Shown: in pieces, positions 12,201 through 22,500 of the stretch | Numbering within the stretch: the first letter of the stretch is position 1 | How the letters are laid out: the number at the start of each line of letters is the position of its first letter | IMG/VR virus record: IMGVR_UViG_3300032270_001157 | Location: 22,429-86,428 of that record | Source: a virus | Taxonomy: Duplodnaviria > Caudoviricetes | DNA: 64,000 bases | Reading direction: 5' to 3' (one strand) | Program-made: the position numbers and the translations under genes | The notes under the pieces: generated by a model | Seen by the model: the letters and a program-made list of their open reading frames with translations, nothing else | The model's database searches: none | What the model was told of the DNA's origin: nothing

Positions 12201-13558
12201 ACAGCATTGATACTACCTAATACTAAATTATTACTAACTGTACCACTTAAATTATTAGTATTGCCTACTACAAGAGAACCATTAATATCTCTAAGAACAT
12301 TAGCCTGACCAATTAATAATAGTTGGGATGGCGCACCACTAGCAAGATTATTATTAATACCTAAAAGAATACTTTGATCAAGACCAGAATTAGTAGCGTT
12401 ACCTAGTCCGATAACAATAGACTTGGTAGTATCTTGCAGATTGATATTATTACCAACAAAAATACCACTAGAAATATTAGTGAGTGTTTGATCAGAACCG
12501 ATACAGATTAGCTTGGTGCCGGTAATTACGTCTGAGCTACCATATACTTTATTAGAATTTCCACTTAGACTAACATTAGAACCTACAACACTATTATCGT
12601 TACCAAGTAAACTATTAACATTTCCAATATAAATATTATTGTTGCCAGTATTGCTGACATAAGAACCTAACACAACACCAGAAGCGCCAGAACTCACACC
12701 AACCTGAACTAGTCCAACGCTAGTAGAAGTATTCAGACTATTATTACTTCCTAAAAGAATATTATAATTGCCAGTAATACTACTAGAATTACCAACAAAA
12801 ATATTGGATAATCCACTAAGATTAACCGAATCACCCAAAGCAGTATTATTTGCACCAATTAACCTAGAGTTATTTACTAGAGCAAAAACTTTGGCTCCAT
12901 TAAAATAATTTGAACTACCGATAACGATACCAGTATTAGATATTCCTGTGTTACTTGAACCGATATTTGTTAATCCTACTCCCGTTACAGCATTACTAAC
13001 ACCTACTACTGTATATGTATAGCCGGATACGCTATTACTACCACCAAGAATTACGTTTCTTAAATTAGCACTAAATACAGGCTTATTGGTTCCTTTATCA
13101 TCAACAGTAAATAATATTTCACCACTAGTAGATCCGGTAACAGGATCAAGAATCTTGGACATGATCTGTCCATAAACAACCTCATTATAGTTAGTATCTC
13201 GACCGGCTAAATTAACAATAGCAGGATAACTACCAGAAAGTGGAGTAGTTTGTGGATTATGCACTAGTAATAGAGTTACGCCGGTAGGGCAGTTTGTGAT
13301 ACTCTCTACAATCAAACCATCTTTTGAGCATGGAGCTACAACGTGTAATACAGCATCGGGTAATCCTGTTCCAACTCCTAGTCTACCGGTAGAAGCATCA
13401 AAATATACTAATCCATTGCCGGTGCCACGAATACTAAAATCAATATCTTGTTTAAGAGCATTAAAAGAAGTACTAATACCAGAAGTTTCTGATAATATAA
13501 TTGATGGATTAACACCAGAACCAACATATAGTGTACCAGATACTGTTTGACTACTCAT
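9215..13558 (-). CDS. Tail fibre / trimeric adhesin-like protein with YadA-head-like GxxN repeats, 1447 aa
   Basis: Long runs of short (I/V)GxxN repeats (aa ~170-630), fibre motifs RLGVGTGLPDAVLHV and RVGINTDNPTSDLAVSG, and a strong RBS (AAGGAG, 8 nt spacer). Confidence 0.7.
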   Translation of the reverse strand: MSSQTVSGTLYVGSGVNPSIILSETSGISTSFNALKQDIDFSIRGTGNGLVYFDASTGRLGVGTGLPDAVLHVVAPCSKDGLIVESITNCPTGVTLLLVHNPQTTPLSGSYPAIVNLAGRDTNYNEVVYGQIMSKILDPVTGSTSGEILFTVDDKGTNKPVFSANLRNVILGGSNSVSGYTYTVVGVSNAVTGVGLTNIGSSNTGISNTGIVIGSSNYFNGAKVFALVNNSRLIGANNTALGDSVNLSGLSNIFVGNSSSITGNYNILLGSNNSLNTSTSVGLVQVGVSSGASGVVLGSYVSNTGNNNIYIGNVNSLLGNDNSVVGSNVSLSGNSNKVYGSSDVITGTKLICIGSDQTLTNISSGIFVGNNINLQDTTKSIVIGLGNATNSGLDQSILLGINNNLASGAPSQLLLIGQANVLRDINGSLVVGNTNNLSGTVSNNLVLGSINAVPPTSNNNLVVGILNNQTGVYINSVGAISGNPSRTAGTVNNSIIVGINNLAQSGNSNVILGNKNVASGSNISAIGSYNNLKNASNAYAIGNSNFLVGDQIGTVGSKIAVVGQESMVFNTANTKMDVFGSGNIVVGYNQMVSSGIIIGTANKLNGINNIVYGRENTLGSTRNQCVVDSVGLNITVPTLGITSKYLVGDKILLCVQSPPSVNNTFVREISNVVENSIDNTTTISIGAPVAIDRANGYYSVNNAFDDNNSPNTTIVSGLVMPYQRLGGAGGTETNPIYGSNNIVVGTNNTYLYSSGVIVGYNNNVSGVRNVVIGYNISGLADNTLYMGTNNSNKMILDNDKVVFNSGAVQDNFVVKSSNDATSVLNIGLNSNRVGINTDNPTSDLAVSGLTTTSSLRVGFSAPDAYVLTTNTNGVGTWQLPVRISGTDTGLMYRVNDKVASGISEILYSPSTKQMNFNLGGNNGFYITSTGVFVNDEASTYRLRVRGSGGVEFARVLLDTNFGHQRIDFHNVSGNSGTFNNFTVNSGVNLPPSLTGTFLFVNNSGRLNSAATRANSIIFANENSWATGNTSIRWINSQQTLALGATGIVSYDSLFTNIPDSFYNIILSSTDSIDTVFNNRGLGNKFSVINSGSLNNRIGFHISPTGSVTINASSSDIANSNSSGVVLYANGKAWFKSLKIGEGATASGYYLRTDQFGNLRFSDIDLKTQFSGLYPMNITYTSQGDASFRVDIGLSSKLTDGTNMGANNDGTMLIWRGDAWVSSSGLKVYQNQTIANDPNSVRGIEFGYKPQVTQTRHNHVFAGGSIKASDEKYNGSSQYAQYYLRTRTTDGGQVRPLVTDWTKPAVGSTVVTTETTANCINLSAFSDATSYEYDRVWTYKIDISALWQLGSSSSVNPNATRNGAGIFIEGALIRTASGIRFSKLGTELTRTYGDTMPAGMSIGTQVVDSNPPRLSIVASGAAGYTAIWSATAKINQLNHIGSDPLYLN

Positions 13559-13570
13559 TATAGTTACTCC

Positions 13571-16500
13571 TTATGTTCGGAGCACTCCTTCTGTTTGAAT
13601 TGCTAGTTTGTTCATGGCTACATTTACTTCACCTAAGATCATTCTCTGAATAGGCTCTTGCATATTAGCGAATGCTGCTCCTCCATTAATAACAACCTCT
13701 ACCTTGTGTGTGCCTTGAATAGTAATCTGTGGTGGTAAGTTAAGTGCTGCAAGTTGACCAATAAATTTATTGAATGTGTTAGTAAATTGGCTTAATCCAT
13801 CCATATTTGGATTATTTGAGCCAGTATTATTAGATACACTATTTGTGGTACCTGAGGATAGTTGTTTTTGGTAATCGGACAGCATGGAAACTGCTAGTTG
13901 TAGGCTATTTGTGAACTGTTTGGTAGTTTGTGATAGAGATATAAATATTTGACCTAAATTAAACATACTACCACTCCTAACTCCAGGTATTCCTCCTTCG
14001 GATAAATAAGCCATACCACCACGACTCATATGATTGACGCCACCATTTATAGATTGTAGTAATGGTAGATTTTGCTGGGTGGCTTGACGATTAACAACAA
14101 ATTCTCCCGGAGTCAACATTGCTGGGATAGTATCAGTTCCGCGAGGCTGATAGTTAACTAAAGTTCCACGGGAAGCATAAATCATACCACCAGAGCTACG
14201 AAATGCTGGGTTACCAGCTGCTACTTGTGGATATAAAAAGCCTACAGTATTATTAATATTAAAAGGAGCTAATCTAGCAGCATTATCTTCATCACTATTT
14301 TGTGGATTAATATAACCCATCTTAGTTAATTGTTTACTAATATTATTTTTTAGCATGGCTTGTTGGGCTCGGTTCATCCCTTGTCCTCTTGCAGCCATTC
14401 TATCAATACTGCTAAAATTTCTTAATAGCTTAGAAAATGTTTTTTCTTGAGCTTTTTCTAGTTTTTTACGCTCATCCATATTACCTTGAAGATAAGTATC
14501 TCCATTATTAATTCTTAAAGCTAATGCTTCAATTTGATCTGGATTCATTCTTAATATAGCAATATCTCTAGCGCTATATTTGTAATTACCACCAGATGTT
14601 TCCTGACTCATTGCTTGAATTAATGCTTCAGCTTGATCTGGAGTAAATGGATGGAATAAATCTTGTGCGGCCCCTGCTGATAATCCGTACTGAGTTAGTA
14701 GCTTTTCATCTATCTTGTTACTACCGGTTAAATTAAACTTTTTCTTGAGTTTGGATAAAGCCTGTTCTCTCCAACCCATAAAAGCTTCTGGACTAGTAAA
14801 CTTATTGGGGGCTCCCATGCCCACAGCTTGTCCAACTGCTAACTCTAATCTGAATCGTTTAGCATTAGCCCTATTTGATGCTGCAATCTGTGCTTTATTA
14901 GCGTCCTGCTCTTGCTTTTTCCCGTGCATTTTCCACTGTTGATCTCTTTCTCTCATGGGCACATCAACAGCTATCATTCTATTTAATTTAATAATTTCAG
15001 AATTAATCTGGTCTCTTTCTCTAAGCAATCTTTCTTTATCTTTTTTCTGCTCCTCTGTCATATCCGCAGGATCAACAAAAGAGTACTGTTCTAGTTCTAG
15101 TTCTTTGTCTTTTTTCTTCTTGTTTAAAGATTGAGTTTGTTTATTAGGATCAACAGTTTGACCAGACTTTAATTTAACTGGTCCCGGTGTTGCTGGTTGG
15201 TGAACCCATCTATTGGCTTCTCTCTGATTTTCTGCTTGATTTCTGATTCTATTTGCTGTATCTACTTTATTTTTACCCCTTTGAGCAGAAGCTGTGAGGC
15301 CGTAGGTGTCTCCCGGCATTGATGTATCTGTTGCTACAGTAGCAGCGTCAACATCTCTTCCGTCTATTCTAAATACTGAAGAACTAGCTCTGGCTTGAAC
15401 TCTCTGATTTTCTAGTTCTTGTTCTCTTTTTCTCTCTTGAGCAGCTTGTTCGGCTTGTTTTTTCTCTTCTATTTTAGCTATTCTAGCTTCTTCACTCGCT
15501 GCGTGTTGTCTCTCTAAATACTGTTCTTGAGCACTAACCGCTGATTGGAATACCTCATTAGTACTATGTGTATTCCGGCCTTTGACTACTTTTCGATCAC
15601 GCCCAAAAGGTACTGAAATAGTATCTTCACTATTTAAACTATCATAAATATTAGATATCTGTTGATCTATAAATGCTTGTGTCATTAAATTGCCAACAGC
15701 GTCTTTGCGAGGTTTTGCTCCCTTTTGTAATCTTCTGCTTTCTATGTTAAATTCTGCTAATCTTTCAGCATCTCTTCTGTCCATTACATTTAATTTAAAT
15801 TCAGCTAGTGGATCATCAGCACTGCTAGATATAGTACTATTTTTGAGCATTCGGTCAGTATTGTTGTTAGAAGTGTGCATCTTTTTTGCATCACCATACA
15901 ATCCAACAGTTTCTTGTGTCAGCATATTTGCAGAAGCTATTAAGCCTGCTGTTGCTGGATCCAAACCAAATCCCATGTAGTATCCTGTGGTCAAACCTAA
16001 TTGACTAAAATTCCCTAATTGTGTATCCAACATAGTTCCTTGTTGAACACCAGTAGCTCGACCAAGCAGAGAGTGAGCACCAACATCTCCCATAGTTTCC
16101 CCAGTACCTGTAACCACCCCCAGAACAGTATTTACTGCTCTATTTCTACCAGTCTTATTAGGATCAGCCATGGCTCCACTGATAGCTCCAAAAGTTGGAC
16201 CTATTAACCTACCAACATAAGGAGCAGCCATTCTTGCAGCGCCAGAGGCTTGAGTGCCTATGTATTTTAAAGCTGTTGTAGAGGCTGCTCTAGGATTTTT
16301 AATAGCAGAACTAATATTAGAACCAACACTCTTAACTCCTTGATAAAGATTATCTAAGCCATCCATAGTGCTAGTTAGCCATCCTGGAAGTTTGGGACTT
16401 TTATAATTACTAGCCATTTCCAAAGCCCCTTGACTAGAATAAGCTCCTCGTTGACTAGTAGAGTTAATCCAGTTTCGGTAGTTGTCAAGCCATGCTTTTG

Positions 16501-19500
16501 CTCTTGGGTCTGTTGGTGCCATTTCTTCAACTTTTTTAACCTTATTAGCAAAATCAGACATATAATTAGCTATGGTTGAATCCCAAGTATCGGCGAGCGG
16601 ATCCATAGTTCCACCTGATAAATAAACCACTCCACCCTTAGCATAATTACCAGCATTAATACTCTTGAGCAATGGCAGATTGCGCTGAGTAGCTTGTCTA
16701 TTAACTACAAACTCACCCGGAGTTAACATTGCAGGAACAGTATCAGTTCCTCTTGGTTCATAATTTACTAAGGTTCCACCAGCAGCATAAACTGGACCAC
16801 CTTGTGATCTTGTCATAACAGTGCCGGGTCTGGCCAATCCCAAGTTTTGATTATTAGTCTGAGCTCCATTAAAAGCATTGGTTAATTTATCTAAAGCTGA
16901 GATCAAAGCTGTATTAGCAGTATTTAATATTTGACCCTGTTTTTCTAATAATGGATTAATAGCTCTTTGAGTAGCTTCTCCCAATGCCATTTGCTGTTGT
17001 TTGTATAAATTTTCTAGAGCTTTAATTTGTGGGTCTTGTGCTGGAGCGGCCCTTAGATTAGCAAGAATTTCTTTAAGGAAAGGATTATTCTCAACATTAA
17101 GACCTTGAGCCCGAGCAGTATTTTGGATTAAGTCTGCTCTTAAAGTGTTTGCTCTTTGCTTATCTGTAGTGTCTAAACCAGAAACTTGAATCATTTCGTT
17201 GAATAGACTAAAAGAATTTTTAGCATCAGCAGCAAAGGCATCCTGAGCAGCAGCCATAGCCTCTAAATTAGTACCACCATCTTGAATAGTTTTTCTATAA
17301 GCTTGTTGAGCAGATATTGATTGGTTGATAGTGGTGATTTGACCATTTAGTGTTCTATTAAGAAGATCATAGGTGGAATTGAGATTTCTTAATTCTGTGG
17401 GGGTGCTGGTGACTAATTTTTCTCCAAAAGAAGCACCAGCTTGAGTACGACTTTCTCTTTCTTGTACTAGCTGACCAATTTTACTCAGGGTGTCTTGCAT
17501 ATCTTGCTTAATAAGATCTGGTAAACCCTCTAGCCCCTTTTCAGTAGCCTCAATTTGTCTATTTAAACTAGCAAGAGCATCTTTTTGTTTGGCTATAAGA
17601 GAGATTACGGCTGGATCTGCTAAGTTCCCTGAACTATTTAATCTTTCAATATTACCTTCTACAGAACTTCTCTGATTAATGAGCATGGTTCTTTGATTAG
17701 TCAAATTAGCAGCTGTTAAAGAACCGGGCTTAACACCAGCATTTATAGCCGCTTCTGTATATCTGCCTGCTGATCTTTCTGTAAGAGATGTTCTACGTCC
17801 TTCTCCTAAGGCTTCTCTAAGAGATACCATGCTATCTGAAAGATAACCTTGTAAACTAGCAAACTTAGCAGTAGCTTGAGTTTGAAGTTCTGCTGCTTTT
17901 TGAACAGCATTACCATATGTATCTAAAGCTTTTTCGATAAAAGCATATTGTTTCATCATAGTGTCGAAGGCTTTTTTCTGAGAATCAATTAATTGCTTAA
18001 GCCCACCAACACTATCTATTAATGATTGAGGATCTAATACTCCGTCATTTTGTTTAATATTATCTTTAACAGCACCTTTTAATTGATTACGAATAGCATC
18101 AGAGATTCTATTATCTCCAAAAGTATTTATAAGCTGCTGAGTCAAATCTCTTGTAATATTTTCGCCTAATACTTCACCACTAGCTCCGGTCTGTTGTGCT
18201 TGAACAGCAATTCTGGTTATAGTATCTTCAGCCGAAGCACCAAATGTAGATAGTCCCTCCACAAACTTTTTATCTGTACCAAACATGCCGCTGACTTGAC
18301 TAACTGCTGTTTGGCGTTCTCTTGCTGAGTAAGCATTAGGATTCTTTAATATGTCGGTAGATTGAAACTGCGTTTTGAGAGATACTTGACCACTAGCAAT
18401 ATCATCAATTCTTTGACTAGCTCTGTCTAATCCTGTTGTGGCTGAGTCTATAGCCTGATCCATATTCTCAAAAGTTTTAGCTATACTAACAGATGATAGA
18501 TTTAATACTCTGGCAGATTGTTGTAGAGCTGTAACCCGTGCTCTTTCTGCTACCGTAGCTTGTAGTGTTGCTGTTTCTTCTTTAAAGTAGGTATCTATTA
18601 ATTCTTTTTGTCTCTGTTCAATTTCTGCTCTGATTTGTGGATCTTGACCTGCTGTTTTCTTAAGAGCTTCCAATTCTTGATTTTTAGTATTAAACTGCTT
18701 ATTTGTTTGAGCGATATTAAGCTTTGCTAATCCTTGATCTCCACCAAAAGATGATAAAGCTTGCTCAATATTTAGTCCACTTTCAACTTTAGCGGCTAGT
18801 GTTTTTAGAGCTATCTCACCACCAACTTTTTGATTAGCAGTTTCTTCTTCTCCGATTTGTGCATTGGTTGGTCGTGAGGCTTTATAAAAACCAAATGAAG
18901 CAGCTTCTAATCCACGAGTAAGCATACTAGGCTGGCGTAGCTCTGCTTGTTTAGCTGATATTTTTTCTTCTTCAGCAGCAATATCCTTGAAGTTTTTAAC
19001 TATCGAGGAGGTTAGAGCAGCATCTCTTGGATTCTTATTTAGTTTTTCTAACTGACCTTCTGCTGTAGTAGCACTATTTTCTATTTTCTTTTTGCTTAAA
19101 TCAATATCTGCTTCTTTAATAGCATTACGAAAACTATCAACAGCTAGTACAGTACCAGCTATTGCTCCTGCTAATGCTCCCCATGGACCAGCTTGTGCTC
19201 CTACAGCTATAGCTCCACCAAAAGCTGTACCAGCAGCAGCAACACCACGACCTGTGCTGCCCCCGACTGCTGCTCCAGCGGCTTCTGCTGCCATAGGAGC
19301 AGCAAATGCTAATGCTAAACCAGTATTCATATATGAAGCTCTACGATTTCTTTTAGCATCATATTGTGCTCTTTGAGCATCAGACATATTACCAACTTCT
19401 TCATCTGATGGTCCCATAACTTTACTTCTTAAAGAAGAAATGCTGCTACTGATAAAACCAGTAGTTTTAGAAGCAACACTTTGAACAGCTTGGAAGATAG

Positions 19501-22500
19501 TTTGTGTTTGTCGTGATGACTGAGCAACTTGTTGCGATGACTGAGCTGCTCTTTGTAGATTTTGATCAATAATTCTAGCAGAAGCTGCTGCTATATCTGA
19601 TGTGCTATCTCTTCTGGCTCCTTGAGGAAGAGGACCTATTAAAGTAGCATTGGAACGAGCAGTATCTATCCTATTTTGAATATAGCTATCTGTAGCTACT
19701 TTTTGGCTATTCTGAGCATTTTGTCTAGCTTCTTGAAATCCCATTCCTTTAGATCTATTGAAATTTAAAGCTTGTTGGTAAATTGCGTCCCCAAACTGCT
19801 CTATTTCCATCATTACTTTTTGTATTCTAGCTTCAACATCTCCTGGATTTGCTGATCCACCTACATTAAATCTTTGTATTCCACGAACAGCACCACCAGA
19901 ACGAAAGCCTAAAGCCTTTGTTGCAGCTTCACGAATAATGAAACTACCTACTGGTAACGATACTGGTCCAATACTATCACTAGTTCCTGATCCCGGACCC
20001 TTAAAAACACCAATACCTCCAGCAGAGAACGAACTCATTCCATTACGATCTGCTTGATTCATTTCTCTTAATTTGCCATATCCTATTGCTTTTGCTGTCT
20101 CTGGTGGAACAAAAGCTTCTCCATTAGAAACCATAGCTGGAACATTTCCACCCGCTGCATATCCTCGCATTTTCTTGAAAGATTTTTGATCACTGTTAAT
20201 CTCGTAATCTCTAACAGTGCGACCATCTTTCTTTGCATAGTCTGCAATTCTATTTTGTTTATTTATTATTGCTGCTCCAACTTTTTCTTGAATAGCAGAA
20301 GGCGGAGCTTTGTATGGTTTTAAAGAAACAGGCATAGGAATTGATCCTTCACCAAATCCTCCTACTTTCCACTGCTCTCCATAACCACCGGGAACAGGAA
20401 TTTGTTCCATAAACTGAGCTTCAGTTAAACCAGCCTTAATAATATCTTCTAGACTATACTTAAATCCTCCTCTTTGAATTAATTTTGGAGTTCCTCCTTC
20501 AGCAAACCTTTGAATAGCTCCACCACTCTTATATCCTTGAGTTTTTAGATAAGTAATAATATTATCTTCTACTGTTGATGGTCCACTAATAGTTCTTTTT
20601 GCGTCTGTTGCTATATTGCCTGGAATACCAAAATATTTAGCTGCCCCTTTTAATCCCTGTGGAAAGTCCATTCCTTGACCCTTAAGCGCTCCTGGCCCAC
20701 CGAGTTTCTGAATCATTTTTTCAAACAACACACCCTGAGCCGTAGCTTCTGCATTAGAATTGCCTGAGATTTTCCTATTTCCATAACGATATGCTTGTAT
20801 GCCTTCTTTGGATCTTGCTCTTGCAGCTTTAATATTTCTAGCATCATCATCAACAAATAATGAGCCTGGACTTAATAACGCTGCTTTAAGTTTAGCTATT
20901 TGAGATCCAGATACTCCTGGTCCTCCTAGTCCCTTAAATTGGGTAAGGGGGATTGGAAGTCCCTTGCTAGACAACCATTCTTGAACTAAGTCTAGGGTTG
21001 AAGCAGGTCGTGCTGTTATGAGTTTTAGATTGCTTAATAGCTCTGGTTTTTTAGATACGAGACCAGCTAATTCTTGTCCTAATGCGCTTAATTTGGCGCC
21101 CCTTAGTGCGGCCGATACCTTGTTTCTATCTCCAAACTCAGCAAACTTGGGAGTTCTTGGGTCAGATAAAATCTTGTCGGCACCGAAGGCTAATGTTCTA
21201 TCAAAGTCTAGATTTAATTCTTTGCCAAGACCAGTTTTAGCTAGAATATCAGCAATCATAACCTTTTTAGCGGCTCTTCCTGCACTTTTATTAAGGGAAG
21301 AATTAAAGGATTCTTCTATAGAACTAGCTACCGCAGGATCCATTATGCCACTAACAATTCTAACATCAACAGGAGCTTTAAGCTGATCAGAAGTGATTTT
21401 TTTATTGATTGGAGAGAATGGAGACCCTAACATACCAGCCGCCCCGAATAATAATCCCTTAGACGTTATTCTGGTTGTTCTGGCTTGTTGCGCTCCAGAT
21501 AATCTATTTTGTTTTTTGGTGAATTCTGCTAGAATAGCTGCTTTACTTGCTGCTTGGGCTTCTGTTGGAGCGCGCTTATTTAATGTAGTATATACATCTG
21601 TTGCACTAATACCTCCAGCCTTAGCAGCTGTTTCTAGACCTAATAATTTAATGATTTCACTAGTTGTTGCTTTTTTACCAGATGTTGGGGTTACTACGCC
21701 AGCATCCGCAAATTTAGAAATTGATCCGCCACTAGCAAGATATTTTCTCATTTCTTGTGTGGTCTTTTTTCTACCAGCTACATTCTCTAATTTATAAACA
21801 CTTTTTTCTTCAAACCCCTTAATTAAATTAGTTGCATCTGCTTTACTTAAAACATTTTTAATACTTTTTGATAACAGACCGGGCATAATCTTGCTGACAT
21901 CATTAGCATCTGTATCATAAAATGTTGGATATGACGCAACAGAGTTTGCTAGTTCTTGTTGAATAGCAGGATAGTTATTGTTTAATAATTGTTGAGCTAT
22001 TGATGAGGACTGCCCTGTGAATCGATATTTTTTACCACCAGACTTTAATGTTTTAAATACATCCTTAGATCTAATATAAGAAGCAAGTTTACTACTCAAA
22101 ACTCCTTGTAAATCTGGTGCCTTAGCCCAATTGCTGTTCCATGACTGTGGTAAATCTAAACCCATATTTGAATATATGCCAGCAACGGATAATTGTTTTT
22201 TCTGTAAATACTTTTTCAGTTTAGGAGAAAAAGAGTCTGGTTCCAGTCTAGCGTCTAAATGAGTAAAATGAGTAGCTGATGATGTTGGGAGTTCTTGTTT
22301 TTTCTTTGCTGCTTTCCCTGCTCCAGCCCTGTTTAAATCATAAAGTCTGTTGAGCCCAATATTACGAACAGCCTTTTTGTTCATAACAAACTCTCCCGGC
22401 GTTAACATTGCCGGAACAACATCTCCGTCTCCATAACCCGGAACATGACCACCAGAAGCAAAGGCTCTAATTGGTCCACCTTGACTATTTCTATTGGGTC

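Larger units (their letters stand above)
13990..22485 (-). repeat. Dispersed TMP delimiter repeats: about 10 GG-x(3-6)-[FY]-x-x-GG motifs and three VPAMLTPGEFV copies (22385-22414, ~16710-16740, ~14100-14130) plus a degenerate VPAMVSNGEAF (~20115-20150)
   Basis: Seen directly in the translation: QGGPIRAFASGG, SGGSISKFADAG, SGGAIQRFAEGG, GYAAGGNVPAM, SGGAVRGIQRFNVGG, QGGPVYAAGG, KGGVVYLSGG, SGGMIYASRG, RGGMAYLSEGG. Confidence 0.85.
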
